A stretch of DNA of 64,000 nt, taken from the human T2T-CHM13v2.0 reference genome, Homo sapiens. The notes below the pieces were generated by a model. That model did not search any database. It had not been told where the DNA came from and was given only the letters and a program-made list of their open reading frames with translations. The DNA lies in the NCBI RefSeq assembly GCF_009914755.1, contig NC_060928.1, one strand, 5' to 3'. Positions 50,419 to 64,000 of the stretch are shown piece after piece (the stretch's first letter is position 1; every line of letters starts with the position of its first letter). Made by a program: the position numbers and the translations under genes.

Positions 50419-53400
50419 TTAGAAGTTACTTAAAAGTTGTTTCAAATTGAGTGAGTAAAAAAAGATAAAGATAAAACTAGTAAATATAGAAAGTTCGGAA
50501 GACAAATACAATAGAAAAAATTGTTTAAGATATAAAAGGCTTATGGAAATCTTGTGTGGTCAAAAGTTGACTGAGATTGGATAGACTTATTTATAAAGTT
50601 TTATTAAAATTAGCTTTAGTATTGATAATATACATATACAAAAGTAAAATTTGGTTTTCTCATTGGAACAAGAATTTTGTATACCATTAATAAGAGACAT
50701 TAAAATACTTTTTTTCACCTTTCGAGTAAACTACAAAAAAAGAGGAAAGAGGAGAGACAGATTTTATCTCATGCTGACTTTATTAGGTATTTTGATTATT
50801 TGGAAAACTATCTCCTCTCTATCAAAAAATAAAGGTTTTTGCATTTCAAAACCTTTTAATTACCACTTCGGCTAGATGAATGACTGTTATTTTAAACTGA
50901 CTTGTGGTCCTATTTTGATTAAGTATTGTAAACCTTTGACATATTTGGCAGTCTTCCCAAAATCAAATCATGAATTCAAAATTGAATCTGTTTGGCCTCA
51001 AACTAACTCTGGGATATTAGAAGTCCCCTGCAACATTCAGAAAAAAGATAATAAATTGGCTTATTTGATATGTTAAATTGCATGGAAAGCATTGTAAAAT
51101 AAGTAATGGTGTTCAACCTTCTTTGAGTTATATTTTTATGTGTATGTTCTTAATATATGTTCCAAATTATATGAGATTCCTAAAACTCTGATATGTCTTG
51201 GTATGTTATCATTCATAGTTATGATTATGTTGTTATTGTAGGCCATGGAAATAACCAAACTTCCTTTTCAATTGTGTCTTTATAACCATTTAAAGTCATT
51301 TCTGCAGTTAATTGCTTAATTCTGATGCAATTTCTGAAAGTTCTTAACAAACAAATAAATTCCTACAGTGTTGTATCTTCAAGGAGGTTCATGGAAAGGA
51401 TGGAAAAGACACTGACGAGCATCCTTGAATATAGGCTTCTGATAATTTTTAGATAATATAATATGGATGAGATAAGAATTCCCAGAACTCTAATGAAGAG
51501 CTGGACTAATTTATAAAACTGCTAACCCAAGCGAGACAAGAATTAATTGAATACAAAGGAAATACTCTGCCAGATTTTCATGCTAAATCAGCCAGTACTA
51601 AAATCCTTTAGATATGCAAGTTGAATGAACTCCATTGTCCAAGTCAAATTACCTGTAATAACCCATCTAATAAACAGTGCTACACACAGGATTTGGAAAA
51701 ACAAAATTGATATTTAAGAGGATATAAATCCAGTGTTAAGCATGGACTCAAGAAAAGCCTAGAGAGCCACCTAGTCTTTCTCCAGTCCTCAAGCCTTCTC
51801 TTATTAAAAGGTCTACACCCCATGACTCATCATGGCAGAGAAAAAATTATCAAATTATATAAAAACATATATTGGTGTGAGGACTGCTCTAAATTGCTAA
51901 AATGGTTTATGACCAATGTTTGGTTTGTTGAACCCATAATCCTGGGAAGACAATCAAAACTTTGGGTATATTTCTGCTGCCTGATAGACCATTTGAACAC
52001 TTATAGAGGTATTTCATTCAATTGTTATTTTCAGTGCATGTTTTCTGGTTGTATAGAAGCTTTCTCATGCAAGAAGGCTGATGCTTATGACACCATTAGG
52101 AAATATGTTTCCCTTGTAGGGCAATCCTGGAGAAATTTCCAGTGACAAAGGTACTTGTTTTACTAGGCAAGTTGCAAAACAGCTAAATAAGATATTACAG
52201 ATACAATAATATTAGGAAAAGCTAAACTAAATCAACTTGATTGCCTTGGTCAAAGGTATTGCAGATTGATGATGATCAGATCCACTTCCAGTGAAAAAAC
52301 ATAAGTTGGCCTCTTATGAAATAGTGACTGGAGGGCCTATGCTCCTAATAATAGAACCTTGTGTATCTTCTGCCCCTAAACTCTGATCTGACTAAATACT
52401 ACAAGGACTTAATGCATTATGACAAAGTGTATTTCCTCTAGGTAAAGGAAGCTTTCCATGATCCACTGACTGAGGACAATCAAACCTTTCACAATCTAGA
52501 ACCCATAGATTGGATCTTGTGGAAACAACACCAGAGAAAGACTGCACTTGCCACTCACACTGCAGCAAAACTTTGAGACCTCAAACCTTGGGTCCTTAAT
52601 CTCACAACTCAGAAGGCACCTCCAGACTCATGGAACTATACCCCCATTGGAAACCTTAAGGAAAAGCTAACCAGGCAAGTTTCTCCCCAGAAGCAGATGG
52701 CATCCTAGATGTGGACTGCTTTCCCAGGATCTCAAATCAGACTTCTCTGCTATCATGAGACACTTACCTCTCCTAATTTTTTTTTCTGCTTATGCCTCTG
52801 TGAATAATGGAGCTGGAAAAGGGGACTTGTGTGCACTCACAGGGTATATTTTATTTGTAGAGGATTTTGCAACCAGCCTTATACATGGGCACCCTTATGC
52901 CTTGGTGGATGGAAGATGAAGCACCAATGCGAGTGAGAATTTTTAATGGTAACTTTTTGTTCTATAATTAGTCAGAACATTGGTCCACTCCTCTTAGCCT
53001 ACATCATAAGTTAAAGAGAATGTTGCTGGAGGCCTATCTCTTCTGGATAGGCATCAGTTGTTAGGTCTCTTTTTTCCTTGGTTCGGAGTAAATGAAACAA
53101 TAATTAGAAATTTAGCCCTCGTAATAGGCTATAACAGATTCTACTGCAAAGGCTATAGTTGCACAACAGGCTTTAAATTCTCTTGATAATGTTGTGGTAG
53201 ATAATAAAATTGCTCTAGATTACTGATGGGCTAAGCAGGGAGGGAAGAATCTGCGCAATTACTGACACTACTTGTAAATGTATAAATACATTGGGTATTA
53301 TAGACATTCAGTTGTAGGGGATTAATAAACAGGCTGCTTGGTTGAAACAAGTAGACTCTTTATCTGGCTCTTTCTTTGATATATTCGGTTTTACTTGGTT

Positions 53401-53637
53401 TGGCTCATGAGGACCCTGGCTGAGGAGCGTACTACAAACTCTTGGTATTATCCTCCTGATAATCATAATAGTAGTTTCTCTGGTGCATTGTATTCTCTCA
53501 AAAGTTTCAAATGTTTTCATGCAGCCATCTATAGAATATCAAATGCTATCTCTTCAACTGGAATAACAAAACCTCAAAGAAATGGATGATCATGAGGACA
53601 CCATAACCTATTGAGTGGTTGAACAAAAGGAGGGAAT

Positions 53638-54378
<741 letters not shown>

Positions 54379-54611
54379 CATGGTTCTTCCTCTTTTGGTC
54401 AGGAATATACTGTTTTGTCTTGTGGGTTTTTTTGGCCAGCTCTCCTCATCCTTGTATTTTGATTTGACCCTAGAAACAATGCCAACAAAATGAATGTTGT
54501 GAAGAAGTTGCGGTTGATCTGGAGAAAAAGGGCTTTCTATGTATAGTGGATCCAATACTTTATAGGCCATAATCTCTGATGAAGAAATGCAGCATTTAAA
54601 ATTTTTTTGCC

Positions 54612-54789
54612 TTTTTTTTTTTGAAATGGAGTCTTACTCTGTGCCCCGCAGGCTAGAAGGCAGTGGTGTGATCAGAACTTACTACAGCCTCAAATCCCTG
54701 GCTGGGCTCAAGCAATCTTCCTACTTTGCCTCAGCCTCCTCAGCCTCCCAAGTAGCTGGACTTAAAAGGCATGAGCCACTGCATCTGCT
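54612..54789 (-). mobile_element. Old AluJ/FRAM monomer
   Basis: Degenerate right arm. Confidence 0.75.
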
Positions 54790-54961
54790 AAACTTAGTCT
54801 TTATGTTTCTCCTGATGTCTCAAAACATAATCGAGTTGGTTCTACATAAATACAATCATTTCAGTGTGTATCTTACTTATTTCAGATTTAAACATGGCCA
54901 GTCATTCAAGAACTTTCCCCAACTCCTCATTCTCCCAAAATAGTAGCTGGTGTTGGAGGGA

Positions 54962-55407
54962 ATGTCTTAGGTGAGATTCTCTAGAAGCCAAGCCTAAGGC
55001 AGAGATTCTTATGCAAGTGACTGATTGAGGGAGTGCTCTCAGAACAAAGCTGTAAACAAATGGAGGCAGTGGGATTCCTCAGGGGAAGAAGTTAAGCACA
55101 TGAAATTTCAACCGAAATCTAGCCTCAGCTTGCAAAGGAACCCTGGAATGTGAATGGAATCACAAAGTTGAGCCCACCTGTGTCAGGTGGCCAGGTTTTT
55201 GTGCCCCATCTCAGTCCTAGTCATTGACTCCCAGCGAGGGTTGGAGTGATGTAACCTCCCAGCTAGTTTTGGGCAGATCCCAGCTGAGGGCAATTTTCTG
55301 GAGAAGAGTAGCCGTGTCAGCTATTATCAGCCAACACTTACAACAGCTGGGGATGGGTGTGCTGGTCAAATAAAGGAAATGGGTGAGACAAATAGTGTCT
55401 ACTAGAA
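54962..55407 (-). mobile_element. LTR16-family ERVL LTR
   Basis: tgtcttaggtgagattctctagaagccaagcc...tcagccaacacttacaacagctggggatgggtg. Confidence 0.65.
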
Positions 55408-57084
55408 GGAGCTTTCAAGATGTCCAGGCATTGGGCCAGTGTTCTGAATATTTGGTCTTCCATCGCTGTGTCACTACTATGTCATTCAACAGTATCCATT
55501 TATCAGCAGATAAAGGGATAAATGCTGCACAGATGTGCTGACCCATTTGGTCCTCAGCTGGCCATCATCAGCTGAGACATACCTGACAATTCATCTGATC
55601 CACAAATGTAGCCAACGCTGTAGCACCTCCACATCCCAGCCTTGAGATCCCCATAGGTTCTCTCTGTCTCTCTTTCTCCCTGTCTCTGTCACTCTCTCCT
55701 CTCTTGGAGCCTGGAAAGCATTGACTACTCTCCTATCACTTGGTGGGTGAACAGGGTTATGAGATTACATTAGGCTGTGTGTGGGTCTTCTTTTGAGACT
55801 TACAACCATTCCTGAAATACATCTTGGGACATGAGGCTCCCTCAATTTTGGAATTCGGCAAACTTATTGGGAGATTCTCTTCTGGTACCTTCCAGAGTTT
55901 CAACCCCATAAGGAAACAAATGTGCCCCTTATGTGCCCTCAGATTCCCATGCCAGCCACTTCCCCTGAGCTGCTTTCCTCCCTCTGCTTGGGCAATGCTT
56001 CTTCATCTACCTTCTTTACAGTGTATTGTTCAGGTTAAACTTCATGCCTGGTGATTTTCCTATTTGAAACTAAAAAAACCTTTTCTTTCTCAACAGCCTT
56101 GATTTTTGTTTTTCCTTCACAAACTGTTGTCTCAGCTGTGGGTTTCAAAAGTCTATTCTTAAAACACAAAAGCTAAACAATAATTATTTCTTTCTTTTTG
56201 CGTTCCTGATTTAATAATTCTAATCCTCCCTGAGGCAACGGATGCCTCTGACTGGAGCTTCTGAAACAAGGAGGTTTTCAGAAGAAAATACACACCCCTG
56301 CCACAGTCAAGAGGGCGTGGCAAAGTCTAGGCCCTATCTTGGGGACACTTGGAGGATGAGAAGTTCAGTAAAGAGAAGGAAGGGTGCCAGAAAGGCAAAT
56401 GGAAAATCAAGATGAGTTTTTAGAGGTTTCAGTTTCAGTCTTGTTAGGGCAATCCCTAGATCACTTCCCCCATCCAGGGCCTCCCTGCAGAGGGCATGTC
56501 AGGACTTGCAGGATCTGGCTCCGGAGAAGAGAATAGGATGGAAAGAAACCATTTAAAATTTATTCAAGATATTCAAAATATGCAGCAATGAAAACGTTGG
56601 CCTAGGTTCAGATACACCAACAAATATCCTAAATGCCTACTGCTAGAGAAGAATTTTTAAAACATAAGAATTTATTTCAAAATACATCTGACAACGAAAT
56701 AAAAGGAGTAATAGGGAACTGGTAAAAGGAAAATATTATTTTTCTTCATTCTAGGAAACACAGATGAAGAGGGAATATTATTCTGGTTAAAAAAAAAAAA
56801 GAATTAGTGGCATGATTGAAAAGGGCTTAGTAATTTAAATAAGAGGTACAGCTATCCAGTGTGTTCCGGAAACTCACCAGAGTGAACTGAGGCTTGGCCA
56901 CATGATCTCTCTTGATTCCAGATTTTTGGGTCAAAGAAACGTTTCCAAAAAAAATTGTTTTTGGTAAGCATTTTTGGCTGTTTATAAATAAATGTTTAGA
57001 GTTTGCTTTTTTAAAAACTTTTTGGCCTTTTAACTGATAGTTCATTATCAGTCAATAAGCTCTGAATCAGGTTATAGTTGTAAT

Positions 57085-57430
57085 CATATTGTTAACATTT
57101 GCTGAGTGCTTATTATATGTACTTTACATATAGTAACTCATTTAATTCTCACAAGAACCCCTGAGATAGATATTATGAGTATTCCCGTTTTACAACTGAG
57201 GAAACTGAAGAAAATTTAACTAAACACTTACTATGTACAAGGAATTAAGTGCTTTGTATGCAGTATTTCATCTAATGCTTTTAAAAAATAGCTATGAGGC
57301 TCTATTATTTTCTCCATTTTATAGATGAGGAAATTGAGACTCGCAGAGTTGAATTTATTTTAAGATGACATAATTAGTAAGTGATGAAGGATGAAATTTA
57401 AACCAAATCTACCTGATACCCAAATCCCTT
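57085..57430. mobile_element. Two adjacent MIR fragments
   Basis: Cores ttttacaactgaggaaactga and ttttatagatgaggaaattgaga. Confidence 0.7.
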
Positions 57431-57618
57431 GCTCATGTAATGTTGAAAAGCTAGAAATTATATATCCAATAAGAAGTAATTTAGTTAAACTAATTAAAGA
57501 TACATTCGTATAATGATGCTGAAGATATACCATATTGATATATGAAGCAAAACTTTCAGCTGAACAAAGCAGCTAAGAAAATATGCACAATATGGTTTCA
57601 TTTTAAAATACATAAACA

Positions 57619-57928
57619 GGACAGTCACAGTGGCTCACACCTGTAATCACAACATTTTGAGAGGCCAAGGCAGAAGGATCCCTTGAGCCCAGGAGTTCAA
57701 GACCAGCCCCAGCAACATAACAAGACCCCGTCCATCTCTACAAAATATTTAAAAATTAGCTGGGCATGGTGGCACACACCTGTAATCCTAGCTACTCAAG
57801 AGGTTGAGGTGAGTGGATCACTTGAGCCCAAGAGTTCGAGGTTGCAGTGAGCCATGATCCTGCCACTGCACTCAAGGCTGGGTGACAGAGCAAGACTGTG
57901 TCTCTATAAAAAATAAAATAAGATAAAA
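57619..57928 (+). mobile_element. AluJ
   Basis: J-type features; TSD cataaaca. Confidence 0.9.
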
Positions 57929-58805
57929 TCATAAACATATGTATACTTTCCTAGAAAGGAACATAGAAGCAAATTGAAAATGCAGGGATCCTTGTTCAAA
58001 AATTATGAAGAATTTCAGGATGACAGCAGAGCACAAACCTTCTGAGCATAGGTCCTTGTGCAGCTGTACAAGTCACACACCTGTGAAGCTGGCCCTGATT
58101 AGTAGTACTGTTTATGTTCTTCTTTTTGCTTGTCAGTATTGCATTGCTTGTACGTCTTACTTTGGTAATAAGAAAAATGATAAACTAAGAAAAGAAAGGG
58201 CATCAAATGTGATGAGAGTTTTGGAATATATACGTATAAATATAGATATACATAAACATACACATATAGATATAAAGAGATAGATAATTTTTTTCCTCAT
58301 TGCCTACCCTCTTTATTTCTTGCCTAAATAATTTGGTCCTGGGGAGTAGGTTAGTGGCCCAGCACCAGATGGTGGAGCCCAGGAGGAATGAGAACAGCAT
58401 CCGCATTGAGTAGGGCAGGCAGTGCTGTCATGGCATGTGCACCCACGCAAGATAAGGAAAGCATCCAGGCAGGGGGCAGCCACCTATGATGGGATGCTGG
58501 AGGCTGAATGAGGTGAGCACTGATGGTGAGAGGAGATTGGTCACATTGAGGATTGATCCAATAAATATTTTTAAGTAATGGGAACAAAGTTTCTCATTTT
58601 TAGAAAAAGGAGTTACAAATATGGAAAAGGAGAAAAGTGGAATAAACTCGGTGGCATGTAAGACTAAAATAGAAATATTTTAATCAGTGGTTTTGTCTTT
58701 TCCATAATATGTGTGTATACATACATATATGTAGACATATATTATGTATTTTCTAGCTCTTTCCATTGGGCAGGCCTGAGAGCAATGCCATTGCAATAAC
58801 ACTGA

Positions 58806-59138
<333 letters not shown>

Positions 59139-59196
59139 CAGATCTCAGTTTTTAAACACCATTCTCTGCAATTAAAAAAAAAAAAAAAAAAAAAAA

Positions 59197-59986
<790 letters not shown>

Positions 59987-60093
59987 TCAAAGGATGTTGG
60001 GAATATGTCAAAAGAACATAAAAGCCATCCTGAAGGAGTCTCTACTAGCCAAATCTGGGACAATTTCACCATCAATACAGAATGACAGAAACA

Positions 60094-60218
60094 CCCAGCT
60101 ACTTGAGAGTCTGAGGCACGAGAATTGCTTGGACCCGCGAAGCAGAGGTTGCAGTGAGCCGAGATCACGCCACAGCACTCCAGCCTGGGCGACAGAGTGA
60201 GACTCTGTCTCAAAAAAA
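60094..60218 (+). mobile_element. 5'-truncated Alu
   Basis: Right-arm 3' part; TSD agaatgacagaaa at about 60079 and 60284. Confidence 0.85.
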
Positions 60219-60824
60219 TTTTTAAAATTTAAAAATTCTAAAAAAGAAACAGAAACAAAGAAAATTTTTTTTTGATTTAAAAAAGAATGACAGAAATAGA
60301 TATTGCCTATTGAATAAAATAATCATCTATTAATCCATGAATCCATACTATGAATTTATACTATTAATAACTAAAGGAAAAAGAAAGCTTTTCTTTACAA
60401 TATAATATGCCAACTAATAAACAGGGTAGGAATGATGGAACTAAAAAAAAGCAATTGGCATCATAGTGGAAAATCATATATGCTTCTATGCAAAGAACAG
60501 ACAACTTTCAATGGTAATTTACAAAGGAAAAATAACTGGACTAGTAACAGACTTGTTATCTACAACCTTGGTTGAACCAGATAATTTGCATTTACATTTA
60601 CAGTACATGGTATATTGGCAATATCCCTATATCACGAAAGTTATCACATGTGAGATCAAACTAAAAAAGTTTTTGCATATTACAAGGGTTCTAAAAATAT
60701 TCTACCCGTATATCTCTGTGAGAAAATTCTCTAACCAAGTGAAAATTAAATTTTATGAAAGGAAAGATAAGAAATTCAAGAAACATTGATGAATAATGAC
60801 TCATAATATTTACAATTAAATCTA

Positions 60825-61148
<324 letters not shown>

Positions 61149-61798
61149 AAATGGATGATAGTTAACTGGGAATTATACTATGTAAAGAATTTTGAAAGAG
61201 CGGAGACATTTTGTGAGGGAAAACTTGCTAATAGTCAGGGATTGAAATCCTATCATTATCTTATCCAAACTTGAGATTTGGGCAATAGGGAGACATGAGT
61301 AGCTAAATGTTCTAAAGGTTTTTTCAGTGGAAGGAGTGGAGAAACACAGAACTAGTAATCTAGCATGGTAAGAAGTCAAAGTTGTTATTTAATTTGTACG
61401 TATCAATAGAAATACATGAATTTAATTATGACAATTAGAAGCTAAAAGACAACCATTATTAGAATTGAAAAGTATATGTCAGCGAGTGAGCAAGTTGGAG
61501 ATCATAATTATTTAATTTTCATATATAAATATAAATATAACTGTTAAAGTTGGGAAAGCTATGAGTAACAAAATAGAGGTGAATAGTAAAAATTCCAATT
61601 TATCAGGATGGGAGAAATGAAATAAAAAGAAAATAAAAAAGTAAGCAAAGGAGCTAAAAAGAAAATAATGTATAAAAATGTACAGGAAATAAAATTGTAT
61701 AAATTTTTACTGTAAGTACAATTCTATCAAAAAGCAAAAACTCTCTGACTGAATTTGAAAATCCAGTTTAATTATATACTGTAAATATAATTATATAC

Positions 61799-62236
61799 TG
61801 ACAGGGTCTCAACAAGATTACATAATCAAAAATAGGATAATTCCAAGAAGGTTTACTTAGGAAGGTATGAGCAGGCACTAGAACTACAAAGCATAGTGTT
61901 ATACTGGGGCTAATCCCAGCAGAATTGTTATCTCTCCTAGGCCCCAAAGCACAAAGGGAGGATGTGGTTACTAGAACCTGGAAGGAAAGGCTCTTACAGA
62001 GAAGGCCATCCGGAGAGGAGCCGTGACCTTTAGTTGACGTCACAGCTGTCCCTAGGGGACATCACAGGGAAGGAGCTGAGAATTGACCTTGCTCTTCTTC
62101 TCCACTTGGTCTAGCTAGGGTGCAAGGGTAGAAGTTGGTGTAGTCCCTCCAGGTCACCCTCTTCAGGCAGAGAGCAGGCAGCAGAAGGGTGGATAGTGGA
62201 TCCAGAGGAGCAAGTGAACGGAAGACCCCTGCCACA
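61799..62236 (-). mobile_element. LTR41-like ERVL LTR
   Basis: ggggctaatcccagcagaattgttatctctcctaggcc...gtggttactagaacctgg. Confidence 0.55.
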
Positions 62237-62306
62237 TCAACTATTTACAGAAACTGCACCTAAATTAGAGTGACAAAGCTTTGATTGTAGGGATGGGAAA
62301 AGGTAC

Positions 62307-62737
62307 CTGTCTTGGTCCTTTTCTGTTGTTATATATGCAACAGAATATATATAATAACATATTATATAAAACATATTGTGTGTGTGTGTGTGTATATATA
62401 TCTCTTTATGTATATAAAGGAATTTCTTTCTTATAGTTTAGAGGCTGAAAAGTTCAAGATCAAGGGGCTGCATCAGTTGAGGGCCTTCTTGCCGATGGGG
62501 ACTCTCTGCAGAGACCAGAGGTGGCACAGGGCAGGCATCACATGGTGAGGGGGCTGAGTGTGCTAGCTCAGTTCTCTCTTCCTCTTCTTAAAAAGCTACC
62601 AGCCCCTCTCCTATTCCAACCCATTAATCTATTAATGGATTGATCCATTCATGAGAAGCCCCACCTCTCAGTACTGCCACATTGAGGATTAAATTTCAAC
62701 ATGAGTTTTGAAGGGGACAAATATTCAAACTGCAGCA
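62307..62737 (-). mobile_element. MST-type MaLR LTR with an internal (TA/TG)n expansion
   Basis: aagttcaagatcaaggggctgcatc...aaatttcaacatgagttttg. Confidence 0.75.
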
Positions 62738-63351
62738 GTCTCTAACTATAACTTATCTTATTAGTCAGAAGTTGTGGAATTTATGCTAGGCCCAAACTTA
62801 GGGTTTGGGGGACAGATATTAAATGTCATCTCCTAAGATAGACACCAGAAAGCCAAGTTGTCAGAATATCCCTGCAGGACTTATAATGGGCACACCAACC
62901 AACATTCCCCTTCCTCCCAGTGTACAGAAAGAGAGAACTGGGAAAGTGGAAAGGTGATTTTTAGGCCCTAAGGAGTACAGTATTCCTGATGAGAAACGCT
63001 TGAAGAGATGTACAGAGATCAAAAGTGCTTGCAAGATAGAGTGACTTGCATCTAGTTTCTTGGCTGAATGCTTGCCGAGTTGCAGAATACACAGGTCCAG
63101 TTAGGTGATGCTACCAAAGTAATGCATGGTCAGGCAGTTCTTGGGAGAGTGCTGTGGTCTCCTGAAGTGTGGGGTATGCAGGAACATGGATGCTGAGTCC
63201 GTTTCTGGCCTAGAGAACCTTAATGGTAGAGGTCACCACTGAATGACCCATGCCAGCAGGGCTTGAAGGAACGGTGGTGAGGTGTAATTAGGAAGGAAAC
63301 AAGATAAAACAAGGTAACCATCCTCCCCATCCTGGCTCCAACGGGATGTGA

Positions 63352-63643
<292 letters not shown>

Positions 63644-64000
63644 TACTATATAGGTTCTTAACTACCTTTTCAATAGTAGATAGAATACCAGCCACTATTG
63701 CATGGGGCAGTTATACCACTTTTAAAAATATTTTTTAAAGATTCCTCTACAATATATATGAACAAACAATTTGCACAGAAGCTATTTGGTAAATTATGTA
63801 CATGATGTGCTTAACCACAGCAGTATTTATAGCACTGGCAAAATACTATCTAAATGACCTAAAATACGAGGATAGTGAAATGAACTATACACATATCAAC
63901 TTGACAAAATTTAATTCTTAAAATACAAATTCTATAAATTATGTAGCAAGAAAGGAAATTATAATGTTAAGTAAGAAGAGTAGCATATGAAAATATTCCT

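Noticed and set aside
51822-52145. 107-aa ORF starting MTHHGREK
   Set aside because: Partly in-frame remnant of the ERV integrase zinc-finger region that drifts out of frame; not an intact gene

Overview
Human (primate) genomic DNA. It opens inside the single coding exon of BBS12 (Bardet-Biedl syndrome 12, group II chaperonin-like). The first three codons are cut by the window edge, and the reading frame is open from position 2 to the stop at 2125. After the 3' UTR come about 61 kb of repeat-dense non-coding DNA; from general knowledge of 4q27, FGF2 should lie further downstream, outside the window. No other credible protein-coding gene is present, and the other ORFs in the track are Alu, L1, Tigger or ERV artefacts. 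Main structures: (1) a two-LTR LTR40/ERVL provirus that begins inside the BBS12 3' UTR in antisense; (2) an L1MA carrying three self-templated inverted duplications within about 1.2 kb, one of them inside an AluY; (3) a near full-length Tigger1; (4) a roughly 12 kb MER57-type provirus with nested L1PB, LTR10 (four tandem AP-1 sites), MER61, Alus, and an apparently retrotransposed Tigger1 transposase fragment (AATAAA, poly(A), 17-bp TSD); (5) a young AluYa5. I found no evidence of a wholly new biological system. The best leads are the LTR10 AP-1 array, the Tigger1 retrocopy and the template-switch cluster. Repeat family names come from my recall of consensus sequences, not from a RepeatMasker run, and boundaries are approximate unless a TSD is quoted.
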